The notes under the pieces are model-generated. The model was not told the origin of the DNA and made no database searches. It saw nothing but the letters and a program-made list of their open reading frames with translations. A DNA stretch of 37,355 nucleotides, taken from contig NC_068989.1 in assembly GCF_001194135.2 (NCBI RefSeq), forward strand, positions 59,850,904-59,888,258, given 5' to 3'. The position numbers and the translations under genes are program-made. The stretch comes from Octopus bimaculoides. Lineage: Eukaryota. Position 1 is the stretch's first letter. Every line of letters begins with the position of its first letter. Positions 10,888-23,300 of the stretch are shown here, one piece after another.

Positions 10888-12104
10888 TTAACAACAAACA
10901 AGATGAGGACAAAATGTAAATAATGTACAGTTTGCTAAAATATTTCAATCCTAGTTTCCTTGGATTGTATTGTTTTACTGATAGAAAGGGAGTTTCCTGG
11001 TTTTATTGAGAAATGAGGAACAATCTGTTTCCTCCTTAAGTGATCTGGGAATTGGTAAAATCAACAAATGTTTAATGGAGAAGGAGATAGATAAACAGAA
11101 AACCAAAGGCAAATAAAAAAAAACAAACAAACAAACAAAACATTTGCACTGTTAGTTTAAGCTCAACAAGAGAAAGTTTAAGAAAACAGATTTATTGTAT
11201 TTTTGAAATTTTATTTTAACATTTTGATTTCATAAATTTTATTTTTATTAATTTTTTCTTTTCTTTTCTTTTTTTTTTACAAAAATCAAAATTGATTTAT
11301 CTTGATTTAAAAACATCCAGCCATTCAAAGACATACTGGGTAAAATAAATACAGAAGAAATAAAGAATAAATTTTGTTGAAACAATTTTAAAAGTTAATC
11401 TAAGAAAAGAAATTAATGTAAGACAGTAGTTTTGATATTGTTTCTAAATATTAAAACATATTCAAAACACTTAAAAACATTTTTGGCTTGCTTTTATCAT
11501 TAATCTGTAAATTCTTGAAGAAATTGTGAGAGAAATAGTTTTGAAACTGGAATAATTCACATTATAGTTTTAGAATTTACTGGTTTGAAAGTCCCTTCAG
11601 TTAACCTCAATTGTCACAGGCAAAAGAAAAAAAAATCACAGCCAGTCAGGTTAATATCTATCAACATTCTGGTGAGAATGTTCGCCGATTATATCATGTC
11701 ACCAGCACTGCACTGCATCTAAAACTAGAATACTTAATCCCCTGTGACTTAGCCCATCTAGCTGTCAATAGATACCACAGAGATATACAATTCATTAATC
11801 AGTGGTAGAAGTGATATAAAAATAACTAGTATTTCATTAACTGTGGTGCTCTGCTCAAATATTCCCATGACTACAGTCTAGAGATATATATACACTATAT
11901 ATCTAGAGATATATATACACTATATTAAAATGAAGTTTTCAAGTGGAGTTTCTATGACAATCGTCATAGAATATCTTTGTTAGCCGGAGTAAAGAGTGGT
12001 ACATTACAGTAAGGAGCTGTTGATAAGACCACTCTTCAACTTGAGTTTTGTTCCAGTTCAAGGTTATTTCATATAAATTACACCAATAGTATCCTTGCAA
12101 TTTC

Positions 12105-12381
12105 CAAACCCTTTCGATACCAATCTACCTAAGACCATCTCTGGTTCTCTGATAGAAACTTCCTGCTTTAAAGTGATCTAAAGTAAAACCTTCCATCAAA
12201 ATTTCAGGTGAATTCACATTCCAAACATCAGTTTAGTAATGTTACTACTAAGCTGTTTTAATAAGGTTGTCATTAATGTTATTAATGAGAAGGTTATTTT
12301 ACTAAATTCTGCATTGTTTTCAAAATTAATTGAACTTAAGGCAGAGTATTTCAACAGAAATATGGTAACCAAAAAGGTTAA
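12105..12381. mobile_element. TTAA-type (piggyBac-like) MITE, copy 1
   Basis: Ends AACCCTTTCGATACCA and TGGTAACCAAAAAGGTTAA; the interior is a reverse-complement match to the copies at 34548 and 35845. Confidence 0.65.
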
Positions 12382-12817
12382 AAGCAAGTACTAATCTCTG
12401 GCTTCATTATGCAAATAAGAACTACATCTTGTCATTAAAAGACAATCTAATGGCAAGATTTTCAGATTGACCCTTTAGTATTTAAACAGGCCATATCTGA
12501 CTCAAATATTCCACCTGTTTTATGTTCAAATTGGTTGGGTCTGGCTTCTCACACATACCCTACAATGCCATTCTAAGAATAAATTATCACATCATCAAAA
12601 TCTCAAAGCTGAGATAATGCATGATTAATTCAAAACAATGTGAATAAATGAGCATTACATCTGATAATGCAATCTGAATGCTAAAGGGTGAAGTACCTAT
12701 ATTTGACAGCTAGGAAAACTGAGGCCTGAAGAATAAAATGGTTATATTCACAATGAAACACAGTCAAACATTTGACTGTTCAATACTATATCTGCTTTTG
12801 TAATTCACCAATCATAT

Positions 12818-12975
12818 GAGTGGTTGGCGTTAGGAAGGGCATCCAGCTGTAGAAACTCTGCCAAATCAGACTGGAGCCTGGTGTTGCCATCCGGTTTCAC
12901 CAGTCCTCAGTCAAATCGTCCAACCCATGCTAGCATGGAAAGCGGACGTTAAACGATGATGATGATGATGATGAT
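12818..12975 (+). mobile_element. RTE 3'-terminal fragment with (GAT)7 tail
   Basis: Exact reverse complement of 7751-7908 (158/158 by eye). Confidence 0.85.
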
Positions 12976-13184
12976 ATGTATTCCACAACTTGCCCTATAA
13001 ACCTGTGATCTCTAACTATGCAAGTTATCAATAATATATCTAGTTTAGTAATTGATCAATCATAATATCTTACAACTTGTCCTACAAATCTGTGATTTCT
13101 AGGAAAGCTATCAATCATTAATCTGAAAATAGAAACGAAACAATTGTTTATTTTTGTAAAATAATATTAATCCCTGCAGATTGA

Positions 13185-13585
13185 TCACAGTGAACACACA
13201 TTTTCATCAGTGAATATGCTCTAAATATATAGATGTTCATCACACTGGATACACAGGTTCATCTTGATGAATAAATATTCTCACCTCATTGAATATGCAC
13301 ATTCATCACAGTGAACACATACTTGTTCATTTCAACAAACACACATGTTCACTAGATTGAAGAAATGTTCATCATACTGAACACACATTCATCACATTGA
13401 ACTCACTTTCTCATTGCACTGCATGCACACATGCCACCACAGCACACACATTGGCTATAGTGAACACATACAAGCTCATCATACTGCACATATATGTGTT
13501 CACCACATTGCATACACATGTTCAACACACTGTATTACACTTATGTCTACAACAATGAACACAAACATTCATCATATTGAACCCA
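13185..13585. repeat. Degenerate ~21-bp minisatellite, consensus about TTCATCACA(C/G/T)TGAACACACA
   Basis: The motif recurs, e.g. TTCATCACAGTGAACACATAC, TTCATCATACTGAACACAC, TTCATCACATTGAAC, TTCATCATATTGAAC. Confidence 0.65.
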
Positions 13586-13804
13586 TTTGTAAATTTTAAA
13601 AAATAAAAAAAATTCTTTATCAAAGTGAACCCAGCTAGGCAAAGTGCTGACAGTGCAAAGTAGAGGCAACAGCTAACAGTAGTAAAGTTTTAAAAATATT
13701 TTCCAATTATATAAACTTTGTAAAATTCATATCAGTTTAGTAGAAACAGAGCTTAGATAATTTTTGTTGTTTATCTTTGAAAAATTATTTGAAGTTTTTG
13801 TTAT

Positions 13805-13810
13805 TTTATT
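13805..13810 (-). promoter_or_regulatory. Candidate WDR24 polyadenylation signal (AATAAA)
   Basis: AATAAA on the minus strand about 375 nt past the stop. The hexamer is common in such AT-rich DNA, so this is only a candidate. Confidence 0.3.
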
Positions 13811-14183
13811 TAAAACGAGAAAATAAGAATTATTTCGGTGTCCTTCTAATGTTTAAAAAACAGAAAAATGCTTAAATCTACTTACTAGTCTTAACATATT
13901 TCTTTTCAAGGGAAGGGAATATATTTTAAGTCGTTGTTTTCCATGATTCCAAACTCGAAGTTTGCCTTAACGAACAACAAACAGAATTTTCATTTTCTTG
14001 TCTTTTCATTATTGATCAATTCTGATCATTTAATTTCAGATATTCCACAGGAATTTAGCTTTTAATCAGATTCTCTGATCCATTAATCTGGATTTTAATT
14101 CAAAAGTGATTCCTTTAAGAAAAATTAAAACAAAGAGACATTTAGTCAAAATTTACAGGGGAAGCATCTAGAATTTTTAAAGG

Positions 14184-14319
14184 TCAAGAATATTCACAAT
14201 AATGTCCACAGCCTCGGGGACATTGTTTATTTTCTTGAAACCAGTCCATAATGTGTTGGAGGTGGCCACCATGAGAGCAGCCCTGGCACCAAACATACAG
14301 TCGTTTGACAGGTTGATAG
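14184..14319 (-). CDS. WDR24: WDR24 last coding exon: [44 protein letters not shown]
   Basis: poly-T-AG acceptor at 14320-14321, TGA at 14184-14186; diagnostic RING C-terminus. Confidence 0.97.
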
Positions 14320-17300
14320 CTAAAAAAAAAAAAAGAGAAAGAAATATCATGAATGACGAAATATTTATTCTGTTTATTATTCATCTTATGCAAGTTTAGT
14401 AAATAAAATGAATTACTTGTACATTTTCATCAGAAAAATTCGTAAATGGGTTACCAGTATTAACTTTAGAGGAAGGGAAAAGGAGGAGAACCACCACCAC
14501 CACTGTTGCCATCACTACCATCATTATTGTTGTCACTTAAGTTTGATAGTTTGATAGGATCCAACAGGTCCAAGAACTGTATCATGCTCCAGTGTTTACT
14601 TTGGCATGGTTTCTGCAGTTGGATGCCTTTCTTAATTCTAACCACTTTACAGAGCATATTAGGTACAGCTTTCAAGACTAAGATTCCCTTCAACTGAGTC
14701 GGGGCTACAATAGAAAGGGAGCAGGCGGTGGCTTTGTACAAGGAGAAGAGGGCTTAACGTATGAAAGAAGTGGGGCCAGAAAAAAATAGGATTCTTGTAT
14801 AGAAGCTATATGGCTACTTACATCAGAATAGGAATTGTAATATTCATACTTATCTAAAGAAGTTTACATCTAATCACAGACATGGTCACTCACCACAAAT
14901 CCAATAAAGAGCAATACTTTTAGTAGTAAGTTAGCAGCAGTAACAATCAAGCATTAAACTTGTAAAATATTTCGCAGCATGCCCTGACATTTGGAATTCA
15001 AATTCTGTTGAGGTCAATAATCTACCAGTAATATACTGAAGCATCATATAACATCAATATTTCCTAAACATAATGATAATGGATGTGACAGAAATGATAG
15101 TTCACTGGATAAAAATATCTAGTTCCATCTCTGTAGGTTTCTGAGTTTAGATTTTGTTCATTTCTCTAAGGACAAGATATACACCAGTAACAGATTGCAG
15201 TTGGTGCAATGATTACATCTTTGCTACTAAGGATCAAACTGACTCAACTATACATCCATGGCTCAGGTCAGGTGTGGGGATATGCACTGTTGCAACATGT
15301 TGCAGCATTCACCATCTGTTGGTATATTCCTGGGTCCTCCCTGGCAACCAGCTGAGCAGAATCCCAGTAGGTCCCCCATCTCCACAAGATACCTTTGTAT
15401 CTGCCATGACTATGTGGTATGTGGTTGACCAACACAAGCCATCAACTCAATCAGATCCTCAGTGGATAATACACAGTAAGCAGGGTCTAACTTAGTAAAT
15501 TGAGCAATATAGCCAAACAGTCCGAGCTAACACTTTTGAATCATAGAAGTAACAGGGTGCATCATAGTTTCAAAATAGAGTTGTTGGTTGCATATGAACT
15601 CTGACCAATGGCAACCCATAATCCTGCAAAGTATCCTGGTACTGAAGGAGGTCAGGTGGCTGCTAAGGGCTCCAGACAGTGTCCAACTTTCACAACAACA
15701 GAGCAGGACAGGGAGGACCAGAGACCTAAACCTTTGTCCTCCTGCTCAGATACTGGCTGTGCCAAACACCCTTGTCCAATGAGTTCACAACTGCACCAGT
15801 TCATCCAAGTCTTTTTAGGACCTGAGATGGTGGCTTGCTGGGCAACACACTTTGAGGAGTTGTATAAAGTGAATCCACCTAGTACTGATCTGAATACCAC
15901 AATGTCTTCAGCACTGGTGACCAACCAGCCAGTCAGCAGTGATCTGCTGTCTGAAGAAGAGGTTCATACAGCAGTAAATCAGCTGAAGGGCTGGAAGGCA
16001 GCCTGTATTTGGGGCATCCATGAGGAGATGATCAAGAAAAGTGGACCTGCTGCAGTCTTGTTCTTGTAGCAGATCATCTGCTCCATTTGTAACAGTGGCA
16101 TTATATTGCCTGACTGGAAGAAGGACATAATTATCCCACAAACTATGCATAGTTCCATTGATTAAAATTTCAGAGTTTTCTCCTTTGATAATTTTGAATA
16201 ACCTTTATTAATGCTAATGAATTTCCTTCACATTATTGTTACAATTCCAATTAATTAAAGTTTAATTTTGGTTTACTAGATTAAGTATATGCTGTTGATT
16301 TTTATGCAGAATGCACCTATGGGAACTTATCCAATATCACTATAAAATATTTGTGTCATTCTTAAATAAGAAATCAATGACTAAGCAGTCAAAGGCAGCT
16401 GCTTGACTTTCAGTGAATGCAGCAACATGTTGCAACAGTGCAACATGTTGCAACAGTGCATATCCCCACACCTGACCTGAGCCATAGATCTATAGTTGAA
16501 TCAGTCAAAAGTTAAACCTTTCAAAGTATGATGTAAATAGAGCAGAAATTTAATTCAGTTTTTTGGAGAATTAAAAGATGAGACACATCACAAGACAACT
16601 TTCTCCAAAAGTTTTGATAGTTTTTCATAACTGGTTTAATGAAATACCTGCAGTGAACATGACTGAGATTTTTTAAGATAATAATTTGAGTAACTCGCTA
16701 TTTTCAAAAGAAAAAACAGAAAGCAATGGACATGGAAAGTAACAAAACATGAAATACTTACCATACACCACACACACCAACAATTGTTCGACATTTGCTA
16801 CAAAACCAACTACAGTTGGTCAGTGTTTTGTTACATCTATGACACATGGTGAGGATATTTGAAGACTGTTGGTTTAACATGGAAACTTCAGGGATTTTAC
16901 TAAGTCTAATCACATCAGCAATAACTGACCATTGTTTAAATTGTCCTAATAATTCTGAAAAACAAAGCAAAATTTCATTCAAGATGTATCAAAAATTAAT
17001 ATATTTGGATTATGTTTTATCTTCAAACAAAACCTGCAAATATAAAGAATATCATTATTATCATCATCATTTAAAGTCCACTTTTCCGTGCATTCACTAA
17101 AGCAGGTTTTCTACAGTCAGAAGTCCTTCCTGTTATCAATTCTCTGCTGTTTCCCATGGCCAGATATATTTTTCACAGAAGACTGGAAATGAACAATATC
17201 GCTTGTACAATGGTGAAATGTTTATAAATCGTCACATGATGTCAAGCACACACGACAGTATTCTGTCAATTTTCGTATTTCTTTATTGCCCACAAGGGGC

Positions 17301-20300
17301 TAAACATAGAGGGGACAAACAAGGACAGACAAAGGGATTAAGTTGATTACATCGACTCCAGTGTGTAACTGGTACTTAATTTATCGACCCCAAAAGGATG
17401 AAAGGCAAAGTCAACCTCAACGGGATTTGAACTCAGAACGTAACGGCAGACGAAATACAGCTAAGCATTTCGCCCGGCGTGCTAACGTTTCTGCCAGCTC
17501 ACCGCCTTCTGTCAATTTTCTGTCACCCAAATCCAATCACGAGGTTTGGTCAGCCAGAGCTTATAGCAGAAGACACTTGCCCAATGTGTCATGTAGTGGA
17601 ACTTAACCAAAGCCAACATGTTTGGGAAGCAAGCATCTTAGCCACACATTTATAGTTGCACCTATGTACATATTAGAAAGATGTAAGAATCTGGTGGAAC
17701 TCAAACCCACATCTCATAGACACTTAGTACTGACAATTCACTAAGGAATTGTTGAATACATTATGATGATGATGATGGTTGACAATGAAATATAAGGTTG
17801 AAAGGAATAAACCTTTACTTTTTTAAACATAGCAAACATTAAAATCTGACAGATATGAATAAATGACTTTTTATTGACCCTTTGAAGTAATGATTACTAT
17901 ATTTGGTGCCTTAAAGAGAAGCTGTTTCCTCACACTTAAATCTGTGTATTGTTTTTAGATTGTTCTTAATTTAAGTACGTGCACTGCTCATATATTTGAA
18001 CTCTGTTTTAAATATAAACATTTAATTTATATAGAATTTATAGACTTTAAAGTATACCACAAAGAAATTCTTTTAAAATGATTTAATGATTGGATAGAGG
18101 CCAATAGTGAATGTGATAATCTACTGACTAAAACAGAGCTAATCAGAGTTAATCACAAACATATTATATTTTCACTGATGATGTATTTATGCTGAACAGA
18201 AAATTTTTTTAATAACCCATGCAAAACAACATTAAAAGAAATTTTACATACCAATATAGGCTAGGAACCAACTTGTCCGCACTTCCAGATCAATTTCTGG
18301 CTGGATGCGATCCCCCAGGACAATCAGCATAGAAACAGTTGACTGAATGTCCTCCTTGAATAAGAGATATTACACTAATGTTTTATACAACTATTAACTT
18401 TAAGAAACAAATTTCTATATCTATTTTCTGTCTTAGAATGAATAAAAATGTTTTAACAAAGCTTTGCATTTACATATCACTTCATATTACAATTCAACAT
18501 CTTTGTAACAAATATGAAATTTGGAAATTGTTTGTCAACCAAGTAACATTACAGCTGTAGTAAAGTTTGAACATATAATCAGAATTTTAGCACCTTAAAT
18601 TATTACACTTCATGAGGTGGCATATAAGAAGCAACAGTCATGTAAGAGAGCTAAAGAAGACCATGTTTGATAAAAATCATCCTAAAAATTTATTCTCAAT
18701 TCATTTTGGGACTGAGAGTACATATTACAAATCAATAGAACCTCTACTGTGTAACCAGTTAAGATTTTTGACTTGTATCCTGTCGCTGAGAGGATCCTGT
18801 CTTTTGTTCACAGCCAAGCCAAAACAATGAACAAGTCTATACAGCTCTCAAACTAGATACTATAAGTAGCATAATTCATGAAAGGGGAAAGTGGCAGCAC
18901 TATAGAATTGGGGGAATAGTTTAATGGCATGTACTAATAAATTCAATTCATCCAGTGAAAAAGTCACCTACAATAGACTGGAGTCATATCCAGTGGAAGA
19001 TTGACTTTACATTCACCTAATAATACATAAACTGAAGATAGGCTCTAGCACTCTGCATACTTCATCATCATCAATTTAAGATTCACATTTCCATGCTTGC
19101 ATGGGTCAGGCAGAATTTGTTGAAGCAGATGTTTTATGTTGGCTGCCCTTTTGTCACCAACCTTTACTCATTTCCAAGCAGTATAATATTTCTCTTTGGG
19201 CAGACATGTTTTTATTGAAGATTGGAAATGAATGACACCACTTGTGTGCCAGTGACACTCATTTGCAACCATCACATAATGTTACAACAAGGAGGTACAA
19301 AACACATACACATGACAGGCATCTTTCAGTTTCCATGTACCAAATCCATTCACAAGGCTTTGGGTGGTCCAAGACCATAATAGAAGGCACTTATCCAAGG
19401 TGTCACACAGTGGGAATAAACCCAAACCCATGTGATTCGGAAGCAAACTTTTTGACCAAATAGTTATGCCTATACTTATTTGTGTGTGATTCAGAAAAGG
19501 ATTACATTTTAAAAATTGCAGGATTCATCATTACAAAGAGACTATAACTTTGTGAAATAGATGTGGATTGAGATAATTACAATTAACAGACTTTGGGATA
19601 TGGCAAATACTACAAAGCAATTTTGTAAATTAAAAATTTTTCTAAACATTAGTTTTGTTGCATCTGAAATTGCTCAACAAATGTTTGACATTCCTGTCTA
19701 AAATTTGGATTTTGCTACAGATACAGTAATCCCTTGGCTATTGCAAGTGTTACATTCCAAAAAACCCACGATAGGTAAAAATCCATGAAGTAGAAACAGT
19801 ACTGTACTGTATATTTTTTTAAATTATTTTTATAATTTGTATATATTTGTTTCATTTTTATATATTTAAGCTTTTATAAACTCTCTCCACACTCTTAGGA
19901 GTACCTGTGTCTTTTTTTAGACATGAAAATGCTTATTTTACCAGAGAGATAATTAAAATCTAAAAAGATCTAAATACCTATCAGCCACAGAAACCCGTGA
20001 TATACTGAGGAGTCCACAATATAAATTTACATATATTAGCCAGAAAAATTTGTGATGTACTGAGGGCGCAATAGGTGAACAGTGTTATGGCGAGTGATTA
20101 CTGTATTGCACTGTGATTTTGGGCAACCCCAAACCTCAGTTTGGTAAGGTAAGAAATATGTACTGAAATGTCCAACTGGGTAATTTCAAATAGGCTTGCA
20201 TCCATTCAAATCTCTTTGCAGGACACTTAATTTGACATGTCTCAGTTTTCTTAACAGCATGAAATAGTTGCTTCTCAGGGTATTTGTAAGAGAGCAGAGC

Positions 20301-23300
20301 TCTACCCTGAGGGGAGATTTACCTCTCTTCCACTTAACACCATATAAATCCTTGCAGTTGTGAAAAGATTAACTACTAACTGTATATAAAGCTATAAAGT
20401 ACTATGATTACTGACTTACTTCAGCATAAGCAACAAGTATATCTGTAACCAAGGAGCTACAGTCCCACTGTGGTATAATGGGAAGTTTCACATTGATATA
20501 GAGATCGTTCACTGCAGCACCATTACTGATTGTCTCTTTATGGTTGTTACTTGTAGCTTGAAATGAATTGCCATCGCTGTCATTTGCAGGTGAATAGTGA
20601 GGAGGAGGCACTGGTGGTGCATTGCTAAACTCAAGTTCATGACGAGGTTGGAAGGCTTCTGCTGGAAGAGACCAATCCTGTTGGAAAAAAAAAATTATAC
20701 TGAATGTAAAGAAGATAGATTTTAAAATGTCTAACTAACATCTTAATACAAATTCTTTTGATGAATTTTTAACAACTAAAACACATAAAATATTCTTTTA
20801 AAATCATTCATAATCATCATCTTTATCATGCAGTTGTCATAACAGCAGATGACACTTCTTTTAAGATTGATCTAAAAGCAAATAAACTGAAGGAAACATG
20901 ACCAAATGCTGTAAATCACTCATAAGTATAAAACATGATAAGATGTGCTCTCAATACAGTTTACTTAGTTAGATATTTTTATATTACATTACATGTCTAA
21001 ACTACCGATGTCATTGTTGTGTCTGAAAGTTGATCAAACTGAATTTGTACAGGATATTTTAACACTAATTTTTGTTGAGGGGCTGACTTCTCCAAAGAAG
21101 CATTTAATGTAGTAGTGTAGTGTAGTAATAGTAAGGGTACATTTGATGCAGTGTAGTGTTGTTATCTAACCTCAGGTTAGCTCTGACTGAATAGACCTAC
21201 GACCAATACCATTCAACAGTGTCTGTTCTGCCTTTTTTATGCGTCATATTCAAAGTATCCTTCTGTTTTTTTTAAGATAGAAGGGTGAACTTTAAGGAAG
21301 ATTTGGCTGCCATTTCTAGCATGTTGAACACTCCTAACAGTCTGTGCATATATTAAGTATGATGTAGTAAATGTAAGTATAGAGTAATTGTAGTAATGTA
21401 GATTTGCTGGTTTTATTAGCATTAAGTAATTGTTGTGGATGGATTCCATCCACTCCCAAGTGACTAAAAGTGGACTGACACATTACTATAAAATGAAGTA
21501 CTGTGAGCAATTGGAATAAGCAGTTCATTGCGAGCCATTGATTGAGAGCATTGAGTCTCGTTTAATAGTAATTGTATTGCATCATGTAAATATTTCTTCC
21601 TCCTACTTCTTTAAATCATATATCTAGCACCAGGAGATAAAAGTGGCGACAAAGATGAGATTAAAAATGTTTTGTGTAACGTCATATGTGAACTGCCAGT
21701 TACATTACAAGACATAAAATTAAAATCAGAAAATGATAAATTCATTAAAAAAAAATTAAAGAAATGCTGAAGGCTAAATGAGATAAAAATATGTTCAACA
21801 CAAATGCAAACCCATTCTTAATGTGTAACAATGTGTTGATGTACGCACAAAAGGGTGTAGTACCAGCCACACTACAGAAGTGATTACTAAAGGAATCAGC
21901 CAGGGATTTTGAGAATGAAATCATTAATGAGAAGTTATGTATATTGGCCAACAATGGACCATGACATTGAAGAACTAGTGAAAGAATGCAGAGGATGTGT
22001 CCTAACTGCAAAAACAGATATTCCATGGTCCAGACTGCATGTTGATTACACAGGTCCACCTAAGGGTTCATATTACCTTGTGGACAGTTTTTCAAAGTGG
22101 CCTAAAGTGCATGAGTGTAAAAAGCGAACATCTGTGGTTACAGTAAACTTTTTATATGAATTGTTCGCCAGATGTGGTATTCTTGATATCATTGTGTCTG
22201 ATAATGGAACTCAATTTACTTCATAAAAGTTCAGCAAATTTTGTAAAGTGTTTGTCACTGAACATACCACCACTCTGCTGTATTATCCTTGGTCAACTGG
22301 ATAAGCTGAGCATTTTGTTGACACTTCTAAGAGGGTGTTGAAAAAGGCGAACAATGAAGAAATGGACGACCTTGCACGTCAACAATTTCTAAGAGTGTAC
22401 TGAGTAACATCTAATCTGAATACCCCCGTCTGGAATGTCACCTGCAGAATTGATGTTTGCTACAAAGATCAGATCAGTTTTTGATGATAAGTTGATAGCA
22501 AGTGAAAATAAAAAATGGGCAAACAAAAAAACTTCAAAATTCTTCAAGTTAGGTGGCAAAGTTTTTTTAATTCTTAAAAGGGGAGAAGTTAGGGGAGACT
22601 AATTTTAAAAAGGGGAGATGTTGTGGAAGGATTCTGTCCAACCTCAAGTGACTAAAAGTAGACTGACACATTGCTATAAAATACTGTGAGCAACTGGAGC
22701 AAGCAGTTCCCTGTGAGCCATTGATTGAGAGTGTTGAATCCCGTGTAATAGTAATCGTATTGTGTCATGTAAATATTTCTTCCCCTCGCTTTGTTCTATA
22801 TCCAACATCAGGGTATAAAAGTAATTAAGAAACATCTTACAGCAAGCTTAACCTATGAGAGGATCTGTACTCAGAAAAGGAGGCTAACAAAATATTTTTC
22901 AGTTATATACTGTTCCCATAAGTTAAAAACTATACAATCTATAACTGTCAGACCAAACTCCTTTCTATGATGAAAGAAACTAAAGATTATTTATGTATTT
23001 GACACCATGATCTTGACAAAGATGTTTTCTATGAAGTTGAAAATATCTCCCCAAATGAAAAACCAAAGAAAGCGTTAAAGAAAAGGAAGAGTAATGAGAG
23101 GAGTGATATATATTTAAAGAGTGCAAAGTAAAGGTAAAAGAAATCTTATAAAAACAGAAGCTTTTGTTAAAGTTTTACTGAAAATGCCATCAAAGTTAAT
23201 ACAAACATGTTTATCATGAAGTACACTGTCAGCATCTTCTAGGTCATAAGAGAAATCTGTATCTCCTTCACCAAAGAAAAAGTCTCCTGTCTGACTGGCT

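Larger units (their letters stand above)
8381..10925 (+). mobile_element. Penelope-like element (RT + GIY-YIG endonuclease), decayed, 5' part inverted
   Basis: Plus strand: KPNITKEEK, DNSIIILPADKGNAT, YGLPKIHKDG..LKPIVS, GRAMGSPLSP, WLRYVDDTF, FTVEKEKDNQLTFLDV, GRYLNFNSHHP, VYSIP..YKGETFRPLKIRVDEH, ending TAA 10677-10679. Minus 8915-8381: NHLTFLCRCRDSKLIPPGL...VLNKGLNFA...LDIIVP. Multiple stops and frameshifts. Confidence 0.92.

Noticed and set aside
11611-11808. 65-aa plus-strand ORF after a CAG acceptor-like site
   Set aside because: No recognisable motif, no partner exons and no true ATG start; I cannot support it as an exon.
11877-11925. 25-bp tandem duplication TCTAGAGATATATATACACTATATA
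   Set aside because: Consistent with slippage in (TA)-rich DNA; no further structure.
13414-13599. His-rich ORF
   Set aside because: Translation of the CA-rich minisatellite.
14300-14302. Lys-Arg-Leu for the recalled conserved Lys-Gly-Leu in the RING exon as a further editing site
   Set aside because: The codon is CGA, which A-to-I editing cannot turn into Gly; treated as ordinary divergence.
14466-14741. 91-aa minus-strand ORF in the last WDR24 intron as an alternative exon
   Set aside because: It contains the RTE/SINE tail motif (GGCATCCAACTGCAGAAACCATGCCAAA) and trinucleotide runs; no WDR24 similarity.
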